From NCBI GenBank assembly GCA_043228905.1, contig JBHGNT010000010.1:8556001-8620000 (forward strand): 64,000 bases of DNA, given 5' to 3'. A program made the translations under genes and the position numbers. Below are positions 12,879-24,615 of this stretch, piece after piece. Position 1 is the stretch's first letter; every line of letters begins with the position of its first letter. The stretch comes from Azolla caroliniana. Taxonomy: Eukaryota > Plantae > Polypodiophyta. The notes beneath the pieces were generated by a model, which ran no database searches, was not told the origin of the DNA, and saw only the letters and a program-made list of their open reading frames with translations.

Positions 12879-14248
12879 TTTGCTTCATGCCTAGTTTGGT
12901 GAGAAAATTTCTCATCTAGATCAGCTCTTTTCCGGCTTCTACTGCTGCCATATACTTTGCCACTGTAGTCGACAAGGCTACAAACTTCTGCAGTCGTGAC
13001 TGCCATGACACTATCATCACGTACCCTGACGTGGATCGGCTCGAGTTGGTATCTCCAGACATGTCCGAATCGGTAAAACCTTCCAGCACAGGTTTTCCGA
13101 CACCATACCTTAGGCACACCTCCGAGGTGCCTTTCAAGTACCTGAGTATCCACTTCACCGCTGCCCAGTGTTCTCTCCCTGGATTACTCATATATCGGCT
13201 TACTGGTCCTACAACAAATGCTATGTCCGGTCTCGTACAGACCATAGCATACATTAGACTGCCGACGGCTGAGGCATATGGTACCTTCCTCATCTCAGCC
13301 TTCTCCTTCTGCCCTTGCGGACACTGCTTCGCATTTTGTTTGCAATTTGTCGGCAACACTGAGCCGACCGACTTTGCGTTCGACATGTTGAACCTCTCAA
13401 GGATCTTCGTCACATACTTCTGTTGTGACAACCATAGCACCTTCGGAGCTCTGTCTCGGGTTATGTGCATTCCTAGGATTTGCTTTAAGGTCCAAGGTCT
13501 TTCATGACAAATGATTTGCCGAGAGCTTTCTTCAAGCTTCCAATCTTCCTTGTATCTTGATCGACTATCAACATATCATCAACATATAGCAAGAGAATCA
13601 AGAAATCTCCTTCCCCATACCTTTGATGAACACACAGTCATCGGCTTGTGTTTTCTGGAACCGATGTTCCATCATGAAGGACTCGAATTTCTTGTACCAT
13701 TGGCATGGAGCTGGTTTCAGTCCATACAAGCTTTTCCTCAGTCGACACACCAAATTCTCTTTCCCTTTCTCCTCAAATCCTTCGGGTTGCTACATCTAGA
13801 TTTCTTCTTCTAGCTCCTCGTGCAGAAATGCGGTTTTGACATCCAACTGTTCGATCTCCAGATCCATGCTCGCCACTATGCTTAGAATAGTTTGTATGGA
13901 TGTCATCTTCATGACTTGTGCGAATATTTCATCAAAGTGAACACCCTTCCTCTGTTGGAAACCCTTCACCACTATGCGGGCTTTATACCTAGGCTCGCTG
14001 TCGACTTCTCCAGTCTTGACCTTGTAGACCCATTTATTCCTGAGTGCTCTCTTACCTTTCGGCAGCTCCACTAGGTCGTAGGTGTAATTCACGTGCAAGG
14101 ATTCCATCTCCTCTTGCATCGCATTCAGCAATTTTTCCCTGCTCTCGTCGGCAATGACTTCTTCATAGCACTCCGGTTCACAGTCATCAGTCAAGAGGAC
14201 GTATTGACTGGCATATGTAGTCGGTGCCTTCCTTTCTCTGAGTGGGTA
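12879..14248 (-). pseudogene. Copia C RT and RNase H remnant
   Basis: YKARIVVKGF, QLDVKTAFLH, PYASAVGSLMYAMVCTRPDI, GFTDSD, ALSTT..(E)Y: Tnt1-family motifs. Confidence 0.92.
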
Positions 14249-14704
14249 TGTTAGAGACATAGACTAATGTAAGCATTAGATAAGGATAGAAAATAGATAA
14301 ATAGATAGAAAGGAGAGAGAGAAAGAAGGGTGCCAATCCACCCGACCACCCTGGAGCGAAGGGATCGAGACGTACTCGAGCCTCGATCAGCGTCCCATAC
14401 CACCGTCGTGGCATTGAGTCGTACTTGGTGTTGGCGCGCTTGCTACAAGAGTTGACCCACCACAAGACAGAGTCTCGACGTAGTCAACAAGATCCTCAAA
14501 TGAGGGTAGCTAGGCCTCTTATTTATAGCGATACCCAAGGCCCCTAGGCAAGTTCACACTTGGCCTAATGGGTTGTCTCAATCCCGAGGATTAAAAGTAA
14601 TCCTCTCCTTCTTTACACCCTCATTTAACCCTCACACTTATCCACGTGTATAGAATACTACGATAATTCTTACCACGGGATATTATATGGGCATGGCCGT
14701 AACA
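14249..14704 (-). repeat. Gypsy D 3' LTR
   Basis: tgttagagacatag...cgtaaca, repeated at 20285-20741 (about 6% diverged by eye). Confidence 0.96.
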
Positions 14705-14719
14705 TACTCTCCCTCTTTA

Positions 14720-17700
14720 AAACATTGCACTCCTGCAATGGAAAGTTAGGGAAGTTAGTTCTGAGAGTATTTTCGAGTTCCCATGTGACATCTTTTTTTG
14801 ATTTATCCATCCATTTTATTTTAAATTCTCAGATTTCTTTAGTACGTAATTTTTTTGTTTTAACATCGAGAATTCTTTCTCGTACATGTGGTTTAGAAGA
14901 TAATTCTTCAGAAGTAACTAGAGTTTCAGTTGTAACTGTATTGTTGCCAGAACCTAGAAGTTCTTTTAGACGACTCACATGAAAGACTAGATGAATTTCA
15001 ACACCTTCGGGAAGAGCGAGACAATAGGCTGATGAACCAATGCATTTGAGGATTGTTAAAGGTCCACAAAACCGTGGGGCTAAATTAGCGCAGTTACCTG
15101 TAGACAATGTCTTAGAATTGTGAGGTACACGTAAAAATACCTTCTGTCCAGGGTTGAATACACGAGGTTGCCTATGATGATCGGCATAAAAACGCGCTCT
15201 ATCTTGAGCTGTTTTTATATTATCTCGTGCAATATGCAACATATCTTGCATATCCTGAAGAAAGTTTTGTGTACTTCACAACTCATCATGATGTATATTA
15301 ACATCAATCGGGGCTCGTGGCTGAAAACCATACATCAACATAAAAAGACTATATCCCGTCGACGTATGCTTGGAGCTCCAAAATTGGGAGATAACGTTCC
15401 CATTTTGTTGGTTTTGTACCAACATATGCTCGAAGCATGTCCTCAATAATTTGATTTACTCGTTCTGTCTGTCCATCGGATTGAGGATGATCCGTGGAGC
15501 TCATGCTCAACGTAGTTTCTAACTTCTTAAAGACTTGCGTCTAGAAGTCACTAGTAAATTTTGGATCTCGATCACTCACGATATCCATCGGTAACCCATA
15601 AAAACGAAATAACTCGTCAACGAATTGGTAAGCCAATTCAGGAGCTGTTACCGTGGTTTTAGTAGCAATAAATCTGGCCATTTTAGTTAGTCTATCAACC
15701 ACAACCCAGATGGCATCATGGCCTTTTTGGGTGCGTGGAAGGCTAACAATAAAATCCATGGATATACTTTTCCACTTATTATTGGGAATGTCCAAGGGAT
15801 GTAAAAGTCCTGCGGCTTTAAGTCGCTCGGCTTTGTTAACCTGACATTGGTGACATTTAGTCACATACCTATGTATATCAGGACGCATCTTAAGCCAATA
15901 AAATTGAGTGGAGATGAGAACGAGTGTACGATGTATTCTAGGGTGCCCTCCTGAGGGTGCATCATGGCATTAAAAAAAAATCATCTTTTTTACCCCGGGT
16001 AAATCTGGAACACAAACCTTCCCATTACGGTAGAGCAGACCGTTAGCAATGTGGAAGTATTCATTCGAGGATGTGGTGGTCTCTGTTCCAGACTCAACTC
16101 TTGCCCAGTATTTTGCGAAATAACTGTCATCAGGATACTTCCCTCGAAGGTGATCATAAAGATATGATGATATTTTAGTGAAGCTAAGCATGTTAACTTC
16201 ACGGATGCAACTTAGTGCCTCAGCGACAGTGTTCATGGAACCTCTACGATATCGTATGGAAAAATCAAAGTCCTGGATGAGATCAACCCATCGTGCCTTA
16301 CGACCTTTCAGGTTTTGTTGGTCACAAAAATATTTTCAAGGACTCGTGGTCCATAGTTACCACAAAGCGATTTCCATAAAGATAATGGTGCCATGTTTTG
16401 AGTGCATGTATAACTGCAAATAATTCCTTTTCTTGAACGGTATACCGACATTGAGCAGAATCAAGTTTCTTACTCTCGAATGCTATTGGTTTACCATCTT
16501 GATATAAGTCAACACCTATAGCATAATCACTTGCATCGGTTTCAGCCTCAAAAGGTTTGAAGGATCAGGTAAAAGAAGTGAAGGAGCCTTGCATGCGAGG
16601 TCCTTGAGTTCCTTAAAGGCGAGGTATAGTGTAGCATTCCAGACAATAGGTTTTGTAGACTTACGCATTTGACCTTTTAAAAGATCAGTAAACAACGTCG
16701 TTAATTGGGAGTAATTACGGCTATAAACTAAAATATCATCCAAGAAAATAACGAAATTTTTTCCAAGTTGTTCCTGGAAAATGTCATTCATTTCTTGTTG
16801 AAATGTAGCCGGAGCATTGGTCAAACCAAAAGGCATAACCAGAAACTCATAATGGCCATAGCGCGTACGAAATGCTATTTTAGGAACATCTCCTCGCTTA
16901 TACAAATTTGATGGTAGCCAGTACAGAGATCAAGTTTCGTAAAATACCGAGCTCCTTCGAGACGGTCAATTAGATCATCAGCCCGGGGCAATGGATACGA
17001 ATTCTTGATCGTCACTTTATTCAAGCGTCGATAATTAATACACATACGCCATGTGCCCTCTTTCTTTTTAACCAAGAGAACTGGTGCACCCCATGGAGAT
17101 TTACTATAATGTATATAACCCATTTCTAAATAGTCCTCGAGTTGCTTAGATACCTCATCCTCTTCGGATCGACTTAAGCGATAAGGAGGTATACTTATTG
17201 GCGCAATGCCAGGTACAATATCTATATGATGGTCTATATTACGTTTAGGAGGTAACCCATCTGGTAGTTCACGGAAGAGCTTTTATTATAGAACCAGGGA
17301 TAACCCAGTATTACATCGGTGGTACAAAGATTCACTACATGGAAGTCTACTTCCTCTATATAAGTATCAATAGAAATTCCTAATGAATGAATCGCCTCGT
17401 TGATGTATTGTACTCTTCCATCAGCCAAGTGCACCGTATAGGTGTGATCACTTACGGTGGGTTGGATTCCCCATATCCGAACCAAACGATCATTCACAAA
17501 GTTGTGTGAGCTTCCCGAATCAAATAAAAATTGTATGGGGGATCCATTGATATACTTGTTTGCACGTAGTAAATCATTGGGACCCAATACATAGTGAGGG
17601 AAAGAACATTGACAATTACTTAAATGATGTGTATAGACCTGAATGACATTAGGAATCTGACCTTTATGGTCTGCAACTTTAGCTTTGTTGTCGTGCTCTT

Positions 17701-18683
17701 TCCATTGAAACTTTCTACATTGCTCTTTTGTACGACCCTCCTTTTTGTAAAATACGCAAAAAGGATGTTGTCGCTTACAATCGCGATCCATGAATGCATT
17801 GGGTGTCTTGCGTTTCCCAGCGAATTGTGACTGCTTAGTCCCGGGTGCATCGTTGGGTTTATTGTGGTCCTTCTTCGAAGTGCGTTGATAGCGAAGAACT
17901 ATTTCAATGGCCTCTTCGAAGGATTTTGGATCATTATCGTGCACTATCCAGTGATAGTCCGAAATGGGGATGCCATTGACAAAACAAGCTATTAACCAAT
18001 TGTCCCCTTCTAGACTCGATTTTTGGATTTGGGTTCTAGCATGGTGTACATAGTCTTCTAGCGAGGAAAACTTCTTGCTAGAGAGGTTCATTAAAGCTTG
18101 TGCTGCCTTGGTTTGAGAGGGAGGTTGTAGAAATTGGCTCTTGAAAACTGTGACAAAATCTGTCCAAGTATCGGGCAATTTCCCCAAAGTAGAACCCACG
18201 CCACCAGGCGGCGGCCTTACCCCCTAGTTTTCGACCGACATATGCAATCTTCGTACTATCTGGCATGGGATAGAGCTCAAAATGAGACTCCCATCGGCCC
18301 AGCCACGTGCAGATTGCTTCTTTGGTTCTTTCCTTTTTTTCTCCCGTAAATGGCTTAACGACAAACGATGGTTCACCTTATCGCTCATCAGGCCTATTAG
18401 TCTCACGTTGTAAAGTAATGACACGTGCCTCGAGAGCACTTTGAGATTGCCGAAGTTCGGTCATCTGTTGAGCGGTGAAACTAAGGTATTGGGTTATTTG
18501 CGAAAAATACATCTCAATGGACATTTGTCTAGGAGGATTCCCTTGAGTTCCTTCCGCTTGAGCGGATGACATCGGGTCGTTATTTTGAGCCATTGAATGG
18601 TTATTTCTGGCAAAGAAATTGGATAAGGTCAAACAAATAGACATAACATCATGTGGTGATGTAAACCTATCATGGGCAAACAT
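14720..18683 (-). pseudogene. Gypsy D gag-pol (gag, PR, RT, RH, INT, chromodomain), disrupted
   Basis: LFDSGSSHNF protease; [33 protein letters not shown]; ISMDFI, VVDRLTK, VSDRDPKF integrase; ERILDVK..FKIKW..TWE chromodomain near 14740-14885. Confidence 0.92.
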
Positions 18684-19779
18684 TAATCGATATCATGTTC
18701 TCACGTCAATACCCCTCTAGACGTATGAGATGAGGTTCAAGATAAGGTTACTATGGTAACACAAAGGTGTTTTAAAAACCATGGGGGTGACAAATAAATG
18801 TCTTTCCCTGATCTCTATATTGATTTTTTCGTGGCGGCTCCCCAAGACTCAACCATGTATGTTCGCGTCATGAATAGTTTATACACAAAAAAAATGTTAA
18901 CAATAAACTATGTTTTGGTGCCCACATATGTGGTTTCGGCTCTTTAAGTCCTATTACGAGGACCCCGAAGTGCACTTAGACCTTAAGTCTAAACATGTGT
19001 TATAGTCATATGATCAACGATGTTGTATGGTCTTAGTCATATTTGAACTTGAGACCTCGAGAACAAATACATTAAACACTTGAGTAAACCAAGTAGGTTG
19101 CTCTTCTAGAATGGTTAATGTTTCATGCGTATAAGAGATATGTGAGGCATTTGCCCATATATGTTTTCTTAAAAGAAACATATATGTCAAGAGTCCTTAT
19201 TTCACCCTCATTTACTACAACTATGTTGGTACGTTACCTAACCTCAAGTCTCGTAATTACGATGGCATACGCCAAAGTGCAACCTAATGATCAAGCCAAA
19301 TGAGCCCTCTTTTCGTAGTAGGCCCACGTGGCCCATCACATGGTCATGTCATTACGAATGCCTCTCGTAAGAATGATCTCATGGTGGCATTGTATCCATG
19401 TAATGAGGGAGGGATGTTGGATATGTGTGTCATAGGAGCGACCTCACATGAAGTGGGTCAAGCCCTACGTACTCAACATCATTATGGCTATAGGCGTTTC
19501 TTTATGTAACGAAATATCGAAGTCACCAACGGGGATTTCAACAATAAAAAATTGTTGAAAAAAGGGATGGTGACAACGCTATTCTCACAAACATGTGAGG
19601 ACGGCCACCAAGATCCTTTCCCCGAAAAGGAAAACATTCCATTTAAAATCACGTAATAACTTATATACACATATGTATATTATCACATATATACGATCAA
19701 CTGCGTACACACGTGACCACATATGCCTATATTAAACAAATCGTTATATTTAATAGCCAAAAATGACGTAATCGAGATA

Positions 19780-20045
19780 CGTAATCGAGGCATATACCTC
19801 TACGCACACGAGACATCCAAAAATAAGGGTTAATCGTAATACGCAATTGAGGTATTGACCTCTTACGCATACGAAACCAAACACGTATCATTTACGACGA
19901 ATCGAGGTATTGACCTCATACACAAACGTAACATATGTTTGTGAACGTAGTACGCAATTGAGGTATTAACCTCGTGCGCATACGACACTCATTACATATT
20001 CAATATACGTCAAATGAGGTATTGACCTCATACACATATGTAAAC
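19780..20045. repeat. Five GAGGTATTGACCTC-type palindromes at 55-62 bp spacing in the Gypsy D 5' leader
   Basis: Copies begin at about 19787, 19849, 19904, 19960 and 20016. Confidence 0.85.
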
Positions 20046-20284
20046 GTTTTATATAACCAATTAATTACCACTACAACATCATTGAATCTATATAAAAAAA
20101 TACATATTAACCATACACATGATTAAATTGGGAGAAGAAAGAATAGAAAAAACAAGAAAGATTACCGAAGTTCCTTTGTTGATCCTTGTCTGCATGAAGG
20201 CCGACCGCACGTAGATCGATCGCCATCAATCAAGAACACAAAACACAACAAAAGAAACATTAGAAAATGAGCTCGGATACCAAC

Positions 20285-20741
20285 TGTTAGAGACATAGAC
20301 TAAAGTAAGCATTAGATAAGGATAGAAAATAGATAAATAGATAGAAAGGAGAGAGAGAAAGAAGGGTGCCGATTCACCCGACCACCCCAGAGCGAAGGGA
20401 TCGAGACGGACTCGAGCCTCGATCGGCGTCCCATATCACAGTCATGGCGTCGAGTCGTACCTGGTGCTGGCGTGCTCACTACAAGAGTTGACCCACCACA
20501 AGACAGAGTCTCGACGTAGTCAACAAGATCCTCAAATGAGGGTAGCTAGGCCTCCTATTTATAGCGATACCCAAGGCCCCTAGGCAAGTTCACACTTGGC
20601 CTAATGGGTTGTCTCAATCTCGAGGATTAAAAGTAATCCGCTCCTTCTTTACACTCTCATTTAACCGTCACACTTATCCATGTGTATCGAATACTACGGT
20701 AAATTCTTACCACGGGATATTATATGGTCATGCCCGTAACA
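20285..20741 (-). repeat. Gypsy D 5' LTR
   Basis: Adjacent to the Met-i PBS and followed by TSD gggta. Confidence 0.96.
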
Positions 20742-20746
20742 GGGTA

Positions 20747-23151
20747 CCTTCATCCACTTGCTGTTGGCTCTTTTCCGGATGTCTCTGCCAACTCTTCTCT
20801 TTGCTCGAGATTCTGCTCATCAATCGGCATCTCCAGGTTGGACAACTCCAACTCATATTCCTCAATTGATTTTAGCAGATTTGCCGACTCCGACTGATAG
20901 TCTATCGGTCTTTCCGAGTTGACTGACTCAGATTCGGCTTTGTCGGCCAACTGTCTCCTTATAGTTGCCGGTGACGACACACTTGGACTTAAGTGGATGG
21001 TAGTCGAGGTTGACTGGGGATTCGGTTCCGACTTCTGTTGCTTCCAGTCTTCAATTGTCTTGTCTCTAGAAAGACTACATCCCGACTTCTCACTACCTTC
21101 TTGTCGACTAAGTCCCACAACCTATAGCCGAACTCATCTTCCGAGTATCCCATGAATATGCATGCTTTCGACTTGCTGTCGAGCTTTGACCTCTGATCCT
21201 TTGGTACATGCATATACGCCAAACATCCGAACACCCTCTGGTATGGTAAGAGACATCCTTCCCTGTCCACACCCTCTGTGGGACATCACCCTTTAGAGGT
21301 ACTGAGGGAGACCTGTTCATCAGATAAACAGATGTGTACATCGCCTCAACCGAATAGGATTTCGACAGTTTTGCATGAGAGTGCATGCTCCTTACTCTCT
21401 CCATGATCGTTCGATTCATCCTCTTTGCAAGCCCGTTCAACTCTGGGGTCTTTGGCACTGTGTATTTGATCCGAATACCTTGGCACTTGTAGTATTCCTC
21501 GAACTGCCCTTTGTATTCACCACCGTTGTTTGTTCGGACAACTTTGAGTTTCTGACCCGACTCTCTTTCAGCTCTTGCCTGTAACTCCTTGAAAACCGAA
21601 GGTACTTGATCCTTCGACTTTAGTATGAAGGCCCATGTCTTCCGACTATGGTCGTCAATGAAAGTTACAAAGTACTATCCTCCTCGATGCGATGGAGCAA
21701 CCACATAGCACACATCTGTGTGCACTAGTTCCAATGCAGCTTCTCTTCTCCTCGGTGGTCTCGAGTGGAATGCCGCCCTATTCTGCTTTCCGGCTAAGCA
21801 GTCGACACACTTCTCCAGGTGTACTTCCTTGAGTTCTGGTAGAAGTTTCTGGTCGGCTAACAGGTGCATTCCCTTGTCACTCATGTGGCCTAGCCTCTTA
21901 TGCCATATCTCCCCTGCCGAGTCGGCTGCCACGTTTACTTCCGATTTGTACAGTCGGGCATGCATCATGTACAATGTGCCTTCTTTCTGTGCTCGGGCCA
22001 CTATAAGATTTCCTCGGCAGAACTTCCACTTGCCATTCCCAAAGCTACCACTGTAGCCTTCGTCGTCAAGCCTTCCAGTCGATATAAGATTCAATATGAT
22101 ATCGGGGACTTGTCGAACATCCTTCAATGTTAGTCGACACCCTATCAATGTCGTTAAGCATACACTTCCGACTTTGGTTATCTTGCACTCTCCACTATCA
22201 CCCATCTTTACATAGCCATGATCCCCAACTATGTAAGTTGAGAAATACTCTCTCGACAGAGTAATATGGAAGGATGGGCCAGAGTCGATCACCCACGTGC
22301 AATCTTCACTCGCAAGATTTGCACTCGTCTGTTCACAAATAAACATGAGTTCTTCATTGCTCGTAGCAATGGCTGAAGTGTTCTTGTCATCCGGAATCTT
22401 CCGGGGTTTGACATTGTTTCCGACAGACTTATCTTTTCTCATGTGTCGGCAGTCCTTTTGGAAGTGTCTAGGTTTTCCGCAATAAAAGCACACAGGTTTA
22501 CCTCTAGACTTTGATCTGGCGTGGGATTTGTTTGTTCGCTGCGGACTTCTTCTTCACCGGTCCCTTCCTCTGTCCATATGTTGAGTCTGATTCGACTCCG
22601 TTTGGGAAAGGACTGCTTTGTCTTTCCTCCTTGCCTCCTCATTTAGGATGCTTGTCTTGACCATCTGTAAAGACAAGTTCTCTTCTTGATAGGAGGTGCT
22701 GAGAGTAACCACCAGGTTCTCCCAAGTTTTCGGTAGTGTGCACATCAGCAAGATGGCCTGCATTGCGTCATCCAGGGGAAACTTGGTCGCTGCACGTTGA
22801 TTCACATACCCCATGAATGTGCTGATGTGTTCAATGATGCTCTCACCGTCTCTGTATTTCAGCCCTACGATTTTTCTCATTAGCGAGCTTCTGTTTAGCA
22901 CGTTCTTCCTCTCGTACAGACCCGACAACTTCTGCCACATCTCGTGGGCATTCGTGTCGGATTGTGGTCACCGCCTTCCTATTCAGAAGCTTCCAGTCCA
23001 ACTCCAATACCCCCCTGGGTATTTCTGCTCTGTCGATTGGCTCGTACAGGTCTTTAACTATGAGAAGGTCTTCCATCTTTATCTTCCAATCAACATAGTT
23101 CTGAGAGTTTAGAACTATCATACCTGGGAAACCGCTAACACCTCCTTCCAT
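20747..23151 (-). pseudogene. Copia C gag, knuckle, protease and integrase remnant
   Basis: LNSQNYVDWKIKMEDLL gag start; CFYCGKPRHFQKDC; WVIDSG; WHKRLGH..CVDC; LVHTDV; PELNGLAKRMNRT; KLDSKS. Confidence 0.92.
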
Positions 23152-23179
23152 GCTTGCACCTCAAGCTCTGATACTAGTT

Positions 23180-23862
23180 TGTTGAGAAAACGTTGCGGAA
23201 TATAAATCACAATGAACGAACTACGCGCTCAGATACGAATCATAGAAATAGGCCAAGAAAGACAAGATAAACAGATGTACACAGAGATTTACGTGGAAAA
23301 CCTAAAACGGGGAAAACCACGGGTGAATAGAACTTCACTATACAAATAGTGGATATACAATACAGAGATAATTACAACACTCTCTCACGAGTGCATCAGC
23401 CGCACAAGGCTCTTCGTGTTTGTTGTTACACACACATCTATGGCGCGACTCACACTTCTCTCTCTCACGCTCTCTTGCGTTTTACAACTTCTATTCACTA
23501 CTACATAGTTAAACTTTGCCCTAGTTGCATCTATACTTACACAACTTTTCTGGCTATTTACATACGTAGCCCTCATAGGGCGCACACTTAGACTATTTTC
23601 AAGTATAGTCTACCGAGTTGGCTATATACACAATTCCGGTTTAGGCATCCGCCAAGTCCCTCATCAACTCGGCTCCTCTCTCTCCCCATCCGGAGAGACC
23701 TGTTTCCTAACATCATCATTATTATGACCATAATAATAAAAGTCAAATTCTTAAACAGTCGACTCACAATTTTCGACTCTTCAAATAACAAATTTCTGAA
23801 TAGTCGGTTTTCCATTAGTCTTCAACTGTTTACTTTCCAAATAGTCAAATCTTCCTCCGACA
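23180..23862 (-). repeat. Copia C 5' LTR (683 bp)
   Basis: tgttgagaaaa...ccgaca; the first 467 bp align with 2892-2983 plus 12486-12860 (about 10% diverged by eye). Confidence 0.9.
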
Positions 23863-24542
23863 GAACATCATTGTTCAATACACGCTCATTTTGATCTCTA
23901 GTTGATCGCTCAACTTTAATCCACAATTATTCGAGAATATAGTTTTAGAACCATATAGACAGCATTTGCTGGGAAGTTACGGAGATAGCTCAGTTGGGAG
24001 AGAGTCAGAGTGAAGATTTGAAGGTCACGTGTTTGATCCACGTTCATCGCAAAAGGTAACAAACATTTTCGAGAGACATATTTAAATACATTCTTTGACA
24101 AGAATTCTACGAACAAAATGAACATACAAAAAATCATAGTAATATCACCATCTATTGTTCTTTTCGTAGACAATATGGTCATGTTTCATGCTAATTCAAT
24201 TTGAGCACAATGTTTAAGGGGAAATCTATACCACTAGATATTAAATCTTAATACAATAAATCAACTATACAACCACAACTAAACGTAATTCTAATATCTA
24301 CTTGATAGCGAAACATTAATGCACAGTCATTAGAGATTTTTACTTATTAACTAAAAATAGGTGGAAATACATACACTCGCAAGTTGTAGAGATATATAAT
24401 TTGCGAAAACGTAAGATTAAATATCTGAACATCATTGTTCAATACACGTTAATGTTGATTTCTAGTAGATCGCTAAACTGTAGTCCACAGTTATTCATGA
24501 ATATTGTTTCTGAACCATATAGTCAGTATTTGATGGGAAGTT

Positions 24543-24615
24543 GCGGGAATAGCTCAGTTGGGAGAGCGTTACATTCAAGATGTGAAGGTCACGTGTTCGA
24601 TCCACGTTCACCGCA
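24543..24615 (+). tRNA. tRNA-Phe-body copy with CAA anticodon (first of four; others at 25094, 25645, 26196); function uncertain
   Basis: Anticodon arm ttaca-ttCAAga-tgtga; intact A and B boxes; A6:C67 mismatch in this copy. Confidence 0.5.

Larger units (their letters stand above)
14249..20741 (-). mobile_element. Gypsy D: chromoviral Ty3/gypsy LTR retrotransposon inserted between INT and RT of Copia C
   Basis: LTRs 14249-14704 and 20285-20741; perfect TSD gggta (14244-14248, 20742-20746); PBS tggtatccgagc 20271-20282; PPT 14705-14716; chromodomain-like C-terminus. Confidence 0.96.
2892..23862 (-). mobile_element. Copia C: Tnt1-like Ty1/copia LTR retrotransposon, outermost element of the nest, decayed
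   Basis: 5' LTR 23180-23862; 3' LTR split into 2892-2983 and 12486-12860 and truncated; Met-i PBS 23165-23176; gag-PR-INT-RT-RH on the minus strand; the array resumes at 23863 (gaacatcattgttc) where it stopped at 2891; degenerate TSD gaa(c)a. Confidence 0.92.

Noticed and set aside
19780-20045. CRISPR-like repeat-spacer array
   Set aside because: Repeats are only 14 bp, the spacers are related to each other, and it lies inside a retrotransposon leader; kept as a hairpin-array finding instead
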